A stretch of DNA of 64,000 bases from a bacterium. Lineage in GTDB: Bacteria > Patescibacteriota > Saccharimonadia > Saccharimonadales > UBA4665. Under the pieces are notes generated by a model. That model was not told the origin of the DNA. It did no database searches and saw nothing but the letters and a program-made list of their open reading frames with translations. Shown here piece after piece: positions 19,991 to 28,969 of the stretch (position 1 is its first letter; each line of letters opens with the position of its first letter). Location: positions 7,062 through 71,061 of the forward strand of contig JAJZAD010000004.1 in assembly GCA_021799575.1 (NCBI GenBank), in the 5' to 3' direction. Both the position numbers and the translations under genes were made by a program.

Positions 19991-21160
19991 ATGTCAGTTT
20001 TTGTTTTGATCGTCGGTTTGATTTTGTTTGTAGTCTTGCTTATAACGCATGAGCTAGGACATTTTTGGGTAGCTCGACGAAACGGAGTGGTCGCCGAGGA
20101 ATTCGGTATCTTTTTCCCGCCAAGGCTTTTTAAAAAGAAAACCAAGAAAGGCTGGGTATTCTCAATAAACCTGTTGCCGTTAGGAGGATTTGTAAAGCTT
20201 AAAGGTGAGCATGACTCCGATACCGGACAGGGTAGTTTCGGCGCTGCTAGTACTTGGGTTAAAGCAAAAATTATGGTTGCCGGAGTAACGATTAATTTTC
20301 TGACGGCAGTCCTATTGCTAACTATTTTAGCTTGGACTGGATTACCACAACTTATACCGGGACAATTTAATGTCAAAAACGCTGGCCATATATCTAAACG
20401 GGAGTTGTTAGTCACCTTAGTCCAAGCGCATAGTCCGGCGGCAGCTGCGGGAATCGGCAATGAAAACCAAATCATAGCTTTCGGAAAATCCGGTCATCTT
20501 AAAACAGTTAATTCTATCAGTGAGCTGCAAAGTCTTACGAAACAGTATGCGGGTCAGAAAGTTGAAGTGGAATATGAAAATAACGGTACAGATATTACCA
20601 AGACCGTACAATTATTAACCAGTTCAGTAGTAAATGCCAGCTTAAAAACCAAAAACCCTAAAGGATATCTTGGTGTAGAGTTAGCCACACTATCGCTCGA
20701 TCAATATAGTTGGTGGTCGGCACCGATTGAGGCTGTTGGTTTGACGCTACAAATAATCAAGCTTACATTTATCGGGTTAGGACATGCTTTGGTAGGTCTG
20801 GGACAGATGATTTCAGGGTTAGTCACCGGTAACACCCAAGCCAGACAACACGGACAAAAAGTAGCCTCTTCACAGGTAGCAGGTCCCGTCGGAATATTCT
20901 TCATCTTAAAGAACGGCAGTATATTGGGCTATCAGTATATGTTTTTTATTGTCGCGACTGTGGCCTTAGCTCTTGCCATTATGAATATCCTACCAATACC
21001 AGCACTGGATGGGGGTAGGTTATGGACTATGCTTATCAGCAGAGGAATGAGAAAAAAACTTAGCGCCTCTATAGAGGAGACTATTAATGCAATTGGAATG
21101 CTGATCATATTGGTGCTCATAGTGTTGATAACCCTAGTAGATGTCCATCGTTTTTTATAG
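19991..21160 (+). CDS. rseP: Site-2 (M50) intramembrane metalloprotease, RseP-like
   Basis: HELGH, LPLGGFVK, NILPIPALDGG, PDZ-like insert. Confidence 0.9.
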   Translation: MSVFVLIVGLILFVVLLITHELGHFWVARRNGVVAEEFGIFFPPRLFKKKTKKGWVFSINLLPLGGFVKLKGEHDSDTGQGSFGAASTWVKAKIMVAGVTINFLTAVLLLTILAWTGLPQLIPGQFNVKNAGHISKRELLVTLVQAHSPAAAAGIGNENQIIAFGKSGHLKTVNSISELQSLTKQYAGQKVEVEYENNGTDITKTVQLLTSSVVNASLKTKNPKGYLGVELATLSLDQYSWWSAPIEAVGLTLQIIKLTFIGLGHALVGLGQMISGLVTGNTQARQHGQKVASSQVAGPVGIFFILKNGSILGYQYMFFIVATVALALAIMNILPIPALDGGRLWTMLISRGMRKKLSASIEETINAIGMLIILVLIVLITLVDVHRFL

Positions 21161-21168
21161 GGTAAGTA

Positions 21169-21966
21169 ATGAGCGGTAAACAAAAACACTTTTCACTGAA
21201 ATCCAACAAAACCCAGCCTTGGCGGAAAATTCCCAAATGGCTGCTTCCTATCGTAGTTATCCTACTGGTTATTCTAATATATTTTATTGCTCAGTATGTA
21301 GCTAGCTTTATATTATCTTTATATGCACTTTCAAGGGGATGGAATGCCGCTACGGCCAATAATTGGCTAAACCAATCCATTACCGGCCAATTCTTCTTTA
21401 TTTTAATTTTTGAGGGTTGTGGCGTGGGTCTGGTTTGGCTATTAATGCATCGCTACGGCAAATCATTAGCCACACTAGGTCTTAAGCGTCTTAGACTCAG
21501 AGACGGAGGGTATGCTTTACTGGCTTATCCAGTTTATTTAATTCTATTTATTATAGCCATTAAGATTGTTCAGGTAATCTTTCCGAGTTTTAACTTAAAC
21601 CAGGGCCAGAATATTGGTTTTAATTCTGTTCACGGAGCTTATCAAATGACGTTGACTTTCTTTAGTCTGGTTGTTTTACCGCCTTTTGCCGAAGAACTGT
21701 TGTTTAGAGGCCTCCTATTCGAAGGATTAAAGAAGTCGATGCCGGTTATTTACGCCGGTTTATTGACCAGTGCATTATTTGCTGTTGCTCATTTACCTGA
21801 AGGTACTTCCGGTTTATTCTGGGTCGGAGCTATAGACGTGTTTATCCTTAGTTTGGTGTTGGTTTATCTAAAACAGAAGACTAAAAGTCTATGGCCCGGG
21901 ATTTTTTTACACGCCTTTAAAAATCTGATTGCTTTTATAAGTTTGTTTCTACTAACGAATCGTTAG
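21169..21966 (+). CDS. CPBP (CAAX/Abi) intramembrane glutamic protease
   Basis: EELLFRG, FAVAH, HAFKN motifs; multiple TM segments. Confidence 0.9.
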   Translation: MSGKQKHFSLKSNKTQPWRKIPKWLLPIVVILLVILIYFIAQYVASFILSLYALSRGWNAATANNWLNQSITGQFFFILIFEGCGVGLVWLLMHRYGKSLATLGLKRLRLRDGGYALLAYPVYLILFIIAIKIVQVIFPSFNLNQGQNIGFNSVHGAYQMTLTFFSLVVLPPFAEELLFRGLLFEGLKKSMPVIYAGLLTSALFAVAHLPEGTSGLFWVGAIDVFILSLVLVYLKQKTKSLWPGIFLHAFKNLIAFISLFLLTNR

Positions 21967-22010
21967 GGTACAATAGAGCAAAAGTCTGAGAACTAGCAAG
22001 AATAAACTAT

Positions 22011-23258
22011 ATGCGTTTAAGTAAAAATATAACTAAAACTATCAAGACCATTCCTGCTGACGAGCAGGCTACTAATGCCAAGCTGCTTATCCGGGCCGGC
22101 TATATCCATAAGGAGATGGCCGGAGCGTATTCTTACCTCCCTTTAGGGCTTAGAGTAATTGAAAACATAAAACAGATTGTAAGAGAAGAAATGGATGCGT
22201 TAGGCGCAAGCGAGTTACTGATGACATCGCTTCAAGCCAAGGAGACCTGGGAACCTACTAAGCGCTGGGATGATTCGGTTGTAGATATCTGGTTTAAAAG
22301 TCAACTGAAAAACGGAACCGAAATCGGTCTAGCCTGGAGTCACGAAGAGCCGTTAATGCTGATGGCTCAGCAATTAGTGCAAAGCTACCGTGATTTACCG
22401 ATCAGTGTATACCAGTTTCAAACCAAATTTAGAAATGAATTACGGTCTAAAAGCGGCGTGATGCGGGGTAGGGAATTTATTATGAAAGACATGTACGCCT
22501 TTTCACGTAGCCAAGTAGAACTGGACCAATTCTATTCTGAAGCGCAACAAGCCTACTTAAAAGTATTTGATCGTATAGGTATAGGAGATTATACTTTCGT
22601 AACTTTCGCGTCAGGCGGTGCATTTACCCAGTTTAGTCATGAGTTTCAAACTGTGACTGCAAGCGGAGAGGATACTATTTATCTTGACCGGTCGAGGCGT
22701 TTGGCGGTCAATGAAGAAGTGTATAACGATGAAGTACTAAAGCAGCTTTCACTCAAAAAGGGACAATTAGAACGGGTGAAAGCGGCAGAGGTGGGTAATA
22801 TCTTCAATTTCGGTAGCGTTAAAGGTGAACAGATGAATGTATATTTTACCGATGAGGCAGGAGAAAGACAACCTATCTTTTTAAGCTCGTACGGTATCGG
22901 CATAAGTCGTCTGATGGGAGTGATAGCAGAACACTTCAATGACGAACATGGTTTAGTTTGGCCGGTTCCGATTGCCCCCGCGAAGGTGTATCTGTTGGCG
23001 ATAGGGGATAAAAAGACAATTAAAACCGCGGATAAGCTATATAATGTATTGACAGGGCATGGAGTTGCGGTAATATATGATGACCGTGACATTCGTCCCG
23101 GGGAAAAGTTTGCTGATGCAGACTTGATGGGAATACCCTGGCGAGTCGTAGTTAACGCTAAGTCGTCTACTGATGGATACTACGAGATCAAAGCCAGAAC
23201 CGAAACTAGTCTTAAGAACGTACAGCTAAAAGCACTTTTGGATATAATTTTAACCTGA
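22011..23258 (+). CDS. proS: Proline--tRNA ligase (short form, no editing domain)
   Basis: QFQTKFRNELR, RGREFIMKDMY, EVGNIF, YGIGISR, anticodon domain DDRDIRPGEKF. Confidence 0.95.
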   Translation: MRLSKNITKTIKTIPADEQATNAKLLIRAGYIHKEMAGAYSYLPLGLRVIENIKQIVREEMDALGASELLMTSLQAKETWEPTKRWDDSVVDIWFKSQLKNGTEIGLAWSHEEPLMLMAQQLVQSYRDLPISVYQFQTKFRNELRSKSGVMRGREFIMKDMYAFSRSQVELDQFYSEAQQAYLKVFDRIGIGDYTFVTFASGGAFTQFSHEFQTVTASGEDTIYLDRSRRLAVNEEVYNDEVLKQLSLKKGQLERVKAAEVGNIFNFGSVKGEQMNVYFTDEAGERQPIFLSSYGIGISRLMGVIAEHFNDEHGLVWPVPIAPAKVYLLAIGDKKTIKTADKLYNVLTGHGVAVIYDDRDIRPGEKFADADLMGIPWRVVVNAKSSTDGYYEIKARTETSLKNVQLKALLDIILT

Positions 23259-23335
23259 TTTATGCACAAAGAGCAGCGTTAGACGGATTAGCATACTCTT
23301 AAAATAACTTTAGGAAAGGATAGAGAAAGCAGTAT

Positions 23336-23803
23336 ATGGTAGTGAAAAAAACCTTCCGCTTGACTAAAGAAGGCGTCAGCGAATTACAGCAAGAACTAGA
23401 CAGTCTTATTGCCGAACGTGCCGAAATTGCCGAAAGTATTCGAACGGCTCGTGAATTCGGAGATCTGACAGAAAATAGCGAGTATCAGTCCGCAAGAGTT
23501 GCACAAGAGAGAAACGAGTTACGGATTTCCGAGATTGAACATATTTTGCAGAATGTCGAGCTCATTAAAACCACTCGCGGATCAGCCAAAATCCAGCTGG
23601 GATCAAGGGTTAAACTGCGGGGAGAAGACGGTACTATGAAAGACTTTCAAATTGTTGGCACGGTAGAAGCTGACCCATTAAACGGAAAAATTAGTGATGA
23701 ATCCCCGATCGGTAAAGCTTTACTCGGAAAGCGCAAAGACGACGAAGTTGAGATTAAGACAGCGCTTGAAAATAGCATCTATAAAATAATAGCGGTCGAT
23801 TAG
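23336..23803 (+). CDS. greA: Transcription elongation factor GreA
   Basis: GDLTENSEY, ISDESPIGKALLG. Confidence 0.97.
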   Translation: MVVKKTFRLTKEGVSELQQELDSLIAERAEIAESIRTAREFGDLTENSEYQSARVAQERNELRISEIEHILQNVELIKTTRGSAKIQLGSRVKLRGEDGTMKDFQIVGTVEADPLNGKISDESPIGKALLGKRKDDEVEIKTALENSIYKIIAVD

Positions 23804-23882
23804 GTTTTAAAAGCTTTTTATCACCTCCATAGCGAATCTAAGCTATACTATTAGTCGTTAAACCAAAAGAGAATATTTATAT

Positions 23883-25394
23883 ATGGCTACTATTGAAGAA
23901 CTGCGCAAAGAAAGGCTACGTAAACTTGATGAACTAAAGAGGCTCGGGGTTAATCCCTATCCGGCTCAAGTTGAGCGGACACACATACTAAGAGAAGTTG
24001 TAGAGCATTTTTCGAAACTCGAGCATCAGACAGTTACGGTTGTAGGCCGGGCTATAAACTTGCGTAAATTGGGCAAGATAGCATTTATTGTCATAAGAGA
24101 CCAATCGGGCCAATTGCAACTTTTGCTTAATAAATCGGAGCTTCAAGACTTCGATCCTGCGGATTCTCAAATCGGTTTCAGTCAGATACCGTTATTGGAC
24201 AACGGTGACTTTTTACAAGCTACCGGGGAAGTAATTAAAAGCCAGACTGGCGAAATATCCGTTTCAGTCAAGCAGTTAAGACTCTTGACTAAGAGTTTGA
24301 GGCCGCTGCCTCTAGAAAGAGAAGGTTTTACCAATAAAGAGGAACGTTTAAGACGTCGTTACGTAGATATGAACGTTAATCATGAAGTACGCGAACGGTT
24401 TATTAGGCGTAGTCGCTTTTGGAAAAGTACGCGCGAATTTTTGGACAATAACGGATTTATTGAGATTAATGTACCGGTACTAGAGCATTCTACCGGTGGT
24501 GCTGATGCTAAACCCTTCATCACCCATATGGATGCTTTAAACGAAGATTTTTACCTGCGCATAAGTCATGAATTGCCTCTAAAACGCTTATTGGGAGCCG
24601 GTTTTGAGAAGGTCTACGACATTGGACCCAGATTTAGAAATGAGAATTATACCGAGGAGCATTTGCCGGAACACATAGCAATGGAATGGTATTGGGCATT
24701 CGCCGATTGGCGGGACGGAATGCGTTTGCAAACCGATATGTTCAGAAGCATTGCCCAGCAGACATTCGATACTCTTAAATTCAAAATTAATCAGTTTGAA
24801 GTCGACTTGGGACGTGAATGGGAACAACTGGACTATGCAGAGGTAATCGCTGAACATTATAATGGCCTCGACATTTTTAACTGCGACTTAGTACAAGTTA
24901 AGCAATTACTCGATAAATATCATCTGGAAGTGGAAAGAAGCGATAATAAAGCCAGAGGTATAGATAAGTTATGGAAGAATGTTCGCAAGGATCTTGCCGG
25001 TCCGCTTTGGCTGATTAATACCCCGACTTTTATCAGTCCTCTGGCGAAAACTAATCCAGATAACCCTAAAACCGTGCAGCGCTTCCAGGCAGTTATTGCC
25101 GGCACAGAAGTTAGCAACGGCTTCAGCGAATTAAACGATCCGCTTGAACAATACAACCGCTTCTTAGAACAGCAAACAATGCGTGCCAGTGGTGATGACG
25201 AAGCTATGATGATGGACATTGACTTTGTTGAAATGCTTGAATACGGCATGCCTCCAGCATGCGGATTAGGCTATAGTGAACGTCTGTTTTGGTTGCTCGA
25301 AGGTGTTAGTGCCAGGGAAGGCGTGCCCTTTCCGCAACTACGGCTGGAAATCGACCCGACCACAAAGAAACTTTATCCTGAAGCTAAGCTCTAA
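23883..25394 (+). CDS. lysS: Lysine--tRNA ligase (class II)
   Basis: OB-fold N-terminus, GGADAKPF, YLRISHEL, FRNE, ELNDP, EYGMPP. Confidence 0.97.
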   Translation: MATIEELRKERLRKLDELKRLGVNPYPAQVERTHILREVVEHFSKLEHQTVTVVGRAINLRKLGKIAFIVIRDQSGQLQLLLNKSELQDFDPADSQIGFSQIPLLDNGDFLQATGEVIKSQTGEISVSVKQLRLLTKSLRPLPLEREGFTNKEERLRRRYVDMNVNHEVRERFIRRSRFWKSTREFLDNNGFIEINVPVLEHSTGGADAKPFITHMDALNEDFYLRISHELPLKRLLGAGFEKVYDIGPRFRNENYTEEHLPEHIAMEWYWAFADWRDGMRLQTDMFRSIAQQTFDTLKFKINQFEVDLGREWEQLDYAEVIAEHYNGLDIFNCDLVQVKQLLDKYHLEVERSDNKARGIDKLWKNVRKDLAGPLWLINTPTFISPLAKTNPDNPKTVQRFQAVIAGTEVSNGFSELNDPLEQYNRFLEQQTMRASGDDEAMMMDIDFVEMLEYGMPPACGLGYSERLFWLLEGVSAREGVPFPQLRLEIDPTTKKLYPEAKL

Positions 25395-25409
25395 CTTTTA
25401 AAATAGCAT

Positions 25410-25787
25410 ATGGTAGATATTGACGATAAATCATTCGAACGGCTTACCAGGGAAGCCTTAGCTAGTCTGACAGGAGTTCATGCCAAAAACATTTCAAACA
25501 TAGCCATTATATATGCCGACATTCCTAGTAATGAACAGAGGCGACAGTTGAAGCTCAGGGATGATCAAACCTTATTTGGTCTATACGAGGGAGTACCACT
25601 ACCATTTCGTCAAGGCCAAACTAAGCTTATACCTGATAAAATTACCCTATTTAAACTACCTCTATCTCAAGCGAGTGCCGACATAGAGCAACTCAAGGAA
25701 AATATTCGCCATACCCTATGGCATGAGATTGGACATTATTACGGCTTGGACCACGATCGTATCCATGAACTAGAGAGCAATAATTGA
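25410..25787 (+). CDS. Zincin-like metallopeptidase family protein
   Basis: LFGLYEGVPL, PDKITLF, HEIGHYYG. Confidence 0.85.
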   Translation: MVDIDDKSFERLTREALASLTGVHAKNISNIAIIYADIPSNEQRRQLKLRDDQTLFGLYEGVPLPFRQGQTKLIPDKITLFKLPLSQASADIEQLKENIRHTLWHEIGHYYGLDHDRIHELESNN

Positions 25788-25883
25788 GGAAGAGCGTACC
25801 TTTGAGATAAAGCATATTGATCTTAACTGTACTGTATAGTTAGATATGTTTTACATTGAAGTAAGTTTTAAAAAGAAGACCTA

Positions 25884-26537
25884 ATGAAACGTGCAGTTAT
25901 CTTCGATTTCGACGGCACTATAGCCGATAGTTTTGCCACGGTGATTGCCATTGCCCATAAGCTTACCAGACGTCCACAGTTAGCAGATATTGAATACGTT
26001 AAAGTTATGCGCAACAAGCATATGGGGCTGAAGCACGCCGTATTGAGTTTAAACATACCGCGTTGGCATTTACCTTGGCTGGTTAGTAGGGGGAGGCGTA
26101 TTATGAGCCAAAACATCCATGTCATACCGGTTTTTAGCGGCATAGGGGAGGTCTTAAAAAAACTTAACCAGGAGCATTACCAGCTTTTTATTGTGACCAG
26201 TAACAGTAAACGCAATGTTGAGCGTTTTTTAAGCGAAAAAGGTCTCCAGCCCTATTTTAAAAAGGTCTACGGAGGCGCCAGCTTGTTCGGCAAAGGACGG
26301 TTAATAAAAAAAGTCCTGAGTGATAATTCACTTAAACCGGATAGTGCTATCTACGTCGGTGATGAAGATAGGGATATTGTCATGGCACAACAGTATAACC
26401 TGCCGGTTATAGGGGTGACTTGGGGGTATAACAGCGAAGATCTGCTGCGCAAGCATCAACCTACTGACATAGTCAGAACACCTAATCAGCTTTTTGATGC
26501 GATACTCGCCCTAAACAATAACTCAAACCTAAAATAA
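25884..26537 (+). CDS. HAD-IA family phosphatase
   Basis: FDFDGTIAD, VTSN, YVGDEDRD, VTWGY. Confidence 0.92.
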   Translation: MKRAVIFDFDGTIADSFATVIAIAHKLTRRPQLADIEYVKVMRNKHMGLKHAVLSLNIPRWHLPWLVSRGRRIMSQNIHVIPVFSGIGEVLKKLNQEHYQLFIVTSNSKRNVERFLSEKGLQPYFKKVYGGASLFGKGRLIKKVLSDNSLKPDSAIYVGDEDRDIVMAQQYNLPVIGVTWGYNSEDLLRKHQPTDIVRTPNQLFDAILALNNNSNLK

Positions 26538-26610
26538 CTCCAGTTCAGGACATTTTATGTTTAGTTCAAACAGTAAATAGTCTCTTTCCTGTTACAATTA
26601 AATCTGAATT

Positions 26611-27426
26611 ATGACGAATAATAGTAATCGCAACCGCACCTATCAGCGTTCCGTATATGAGCCGGGTCAAAAACAACCTTATAAAATTTCGCGTAGCAAA
26701 ATCGAGCTGTATATGCAGTGTCAGCGTTGTTTTTGGCTTGATGCTCGCAAGCATATAGTCAGACCTTCCAGTCCTCCGTTTACAATTAACAAAGCTATTG
26801 ACGAGTTATTTAAAAAAGAATTCGACCTTTACCGACACGAGGGTAAACCTCACCCTTTAATGACTGAATTTTCGGTAGATGCCATACCGATGCAACACGA
26901 CAAACTGGACGTCTGGCGACAGAATTTTATCGGAGTGTCAGTACTGCATGAGCCTACTAATTTTTTGGTTTATGGAGCAATTGATGATCTGTGGGTCGGT
27001 TCCGATGGTAAAGTTATAGTGGTCGATTATAAGGCGACTGCTAAGGAGCAAGAAGTTAATATTGACAGCGAATGGCAGATTGGTTATAAGCGTCAGCTGG
27101 AAATTTACCAATGGCTGCTTAAAGGAAATGATTTAAAGGTAGCAAAAACCGGTTACTTTGTTTACACCAATGCCAATATAGGTGCAAACGGGTTCAATGA
27201 TAAAATAGAATTTAAGACCAAACTGATACCCTATAAGGGTGATGATTCATGGGTAGAACCGACGCTGGTTAACATGAAAGCTTGTTTAGAAGACGATACA
27301 ATTCCCGAAGTGGGTATGGCTGCTATGGGGGGACCATGTGAATATTGTGCCTATGCCCGGTCTAGGACCGAACTGACGCTGGAATCTATGAACATTCCCG
27401 TTAAGAAATCTTTGAAGATAACATAA
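26611..27426 (+). CDS. PD-(D/E)XK (RecB/Cas4-like) nuclease
   Basis: SRSKIELYMQCQRC, GAIDD, VDYK, QLEIY, C-terminal CEYC. Confidence 0.85.
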   Translation: MTNNSNRNRTYQRSVYEPGQKQPYKISRSKIELYMQCQRCFWLDARKHIVRPSSPPFTINKAIDELFKKEFDLYRHEGKPHPLMTEFSVDAIPMQHDKLDVWRQNFIGVSVLHEPTNFLVYGAIDDLWVGSDGKVIVVDYKATAKEQEVNIDSEWQIGYKRQLEIYQWLLKGNDLKVAKTGYFVYTNANIGANGFNDKIEFKTKLIPYKGDDSWVEPTLVNMKACLEDDTIPEVGMAAMGGPCEYCAYARSRTELTLESMNIPVKKSLKIT

Positions 27427-27439
27427 AAGGGAATGAACC

Positions 27440-28738
27440 ATGCTCGATATTAACTATATTCGTTCTAATCAAAAGATGGTTAGCGAAAAATCCGCTCAAA
27501 AAGGATACAAGGTAGATATTCCGGAACTAATCAGGCTCGATGATCTCAGGCGTAAACTACGGTCTCAAGTCGACAGTCTAAGGCAAGAACGCAATCAGCT
27601 AGCGCACTCGCTTAAAAATCAGCAACCCGATGCGGCGTCACAAGAAAAAGGTCGCGATCTCAAGCAACAACTGAGTAGCCTTGAGGACGATCTGAAAAAA
27701 ATCGAGTCAGACTATATTAAGTTATTAAAAGCCGTTCCCAATATGCCACTCCCCGATGTTCCTATCGGTAGTAGCGAATCGGAGAACGTTATCGAAAAAA
27801 CGGTCGGAGATAAACCTCACTTCGATTTTATTCCGCTCGCTCACCAGGATCTGGGGGATAAACTAGACTTAATAGATAAAATGCGGGCAGCTAAAATTTC
27901 GGGTAGCCGGTTTGCCTATCTTAAAGGTGATCTTGTACGTATGCAGTTTGCTATTATCGGATTTGTCATCGGAGAACTAACCAATTCCGAACTAATCGCA
28001 AAACTGATTAAAGACAACGGGCTTAAATTATCTAATAAACCTTTTTTACCTATTTTACCCCCGGCTTTACTCAAAACCGGACCTTATGAAGCTAGTGCCA
28101 GACTTAACGCTGAAGAAGTGACATATAAAATAGACCAGGACGATTTATGGCTTAACGCCAGCGCTGAACATACTCTTTGCACCATGTATATGAACGAAGT
28201 AATAGATGAACGGAACTTGCCGATCAGACTTTTAGGTTATTCTACCAGTTTCAGAAGAGAGGCCGGTAGCTACGGCAAAGATATTGAAGGGATTTTTCGT
28301 CTGCATCAGTTCGATAAACTGGAGATGGAGGTATTATCCGATCCGGATAGCGGGCTTGATGAACATAAGCTCTTAGTTGCCATTCAAGAGTATTTGGTAA
28401 GCAGTCTAGGGCTTAGCTATCAGTTGATTAATAAATGTACCGCCGATATAGGCAAACCAAATGCCCGGGGTGTAGATATCAATACCTGGTTTCCATCCCA
28501 GAACACATACCGTGAAACCCATACTGCCGATTACATGACAGATTATCAGACCCGTGATTTACGGATACGTCTTAAGACTCAGGATGGGTTATTGAAACCT
28601 ATACATACCAACGATGCTACAGCCTTTGCTCTAGGTAGAATAATGGCCGCAATTGTTGAAAACTTTCAAGATAGCGAGGGGCATATAACTATTCCAACCG
28701 TTTTACGGCCTTTTATGGGCGGACAGACTAAAATATAA
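27440..28738 (+). CDS. serS: Serine--tRNA ligase
   Basis: MLDINYIR, N-terminal coiled arm, FRREAGSYG, RLHQFDKLE. Confidence 0.97.
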   Translation: MLDINYIRSNQKMVSEKSAQKGYKVDIPELIRLDDLRRKLRSQVDSLRQERNQLAHSLKNQQPDAASQEKGRDLKQQLSSLEDDLKKIESDYIKLLKAVPNMPLPDVPIGSSESENVIEKTVGDKPHFDFIPLAHQDLGDKLDLIDKMRAAKISGSRFAYLKGDLVRMQFAIIGFVIGELTNSELIAKLIKDNGLKLSNKPFLPILPPALLKTGPYEASARLNAEEVTYKIDQDDLWLNASAEHTLCTMYMNEVIDERNLPIRLLGYSTSFRREAGSYGKDIEGIFRLHQFDKLEMEVLSDPDSGLDEHKLLVAIQEYLVSSLGLSYQLINKCTADIGKPNARGVDINTWFPSQNTYRETHTADYMTDYQTRDLRIRLKTQDGLLKPIHTNDATAFALGRIMAAIVENFQDSEGHITIPTVLRPFMGGQTKI

Positions 28739-28969
28739 GTGTGTTTAAACGAGTTTAAATAACCTTGGCAATTAACTATTCCAAAACTATTTAGTACTAA
28801 GTTATAAATATTCCAAGCGAATAATATTAAATAGGTTTATTGATAGGTGTAGAATAAGTTTTAAGGTTATTATTGATAACGATTGCGTTCCTTAGACGTA
28901 TCTTACCCGGAACTGGGTAGGGTATAATTATGGGGATCAAATTACTTTCTAAGTAAACACCGGAGAGCA

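Noticed and set aside
26611..27426. CRISPR-Cas locus suggested by the Cas4-like gene
   Set aside because: No repeat-spacer array or other cas genes in the window
28739..28969. Possible ncRNA between serS and secA (AATAACCTT/AAGGTTATT repeat, hairpin near 28904-28921)
   Set aside because: Short AT-rich pairings compatible with chance or promoter DNA; no recognisable tRNA, tmRNA, SRP or RNase P features
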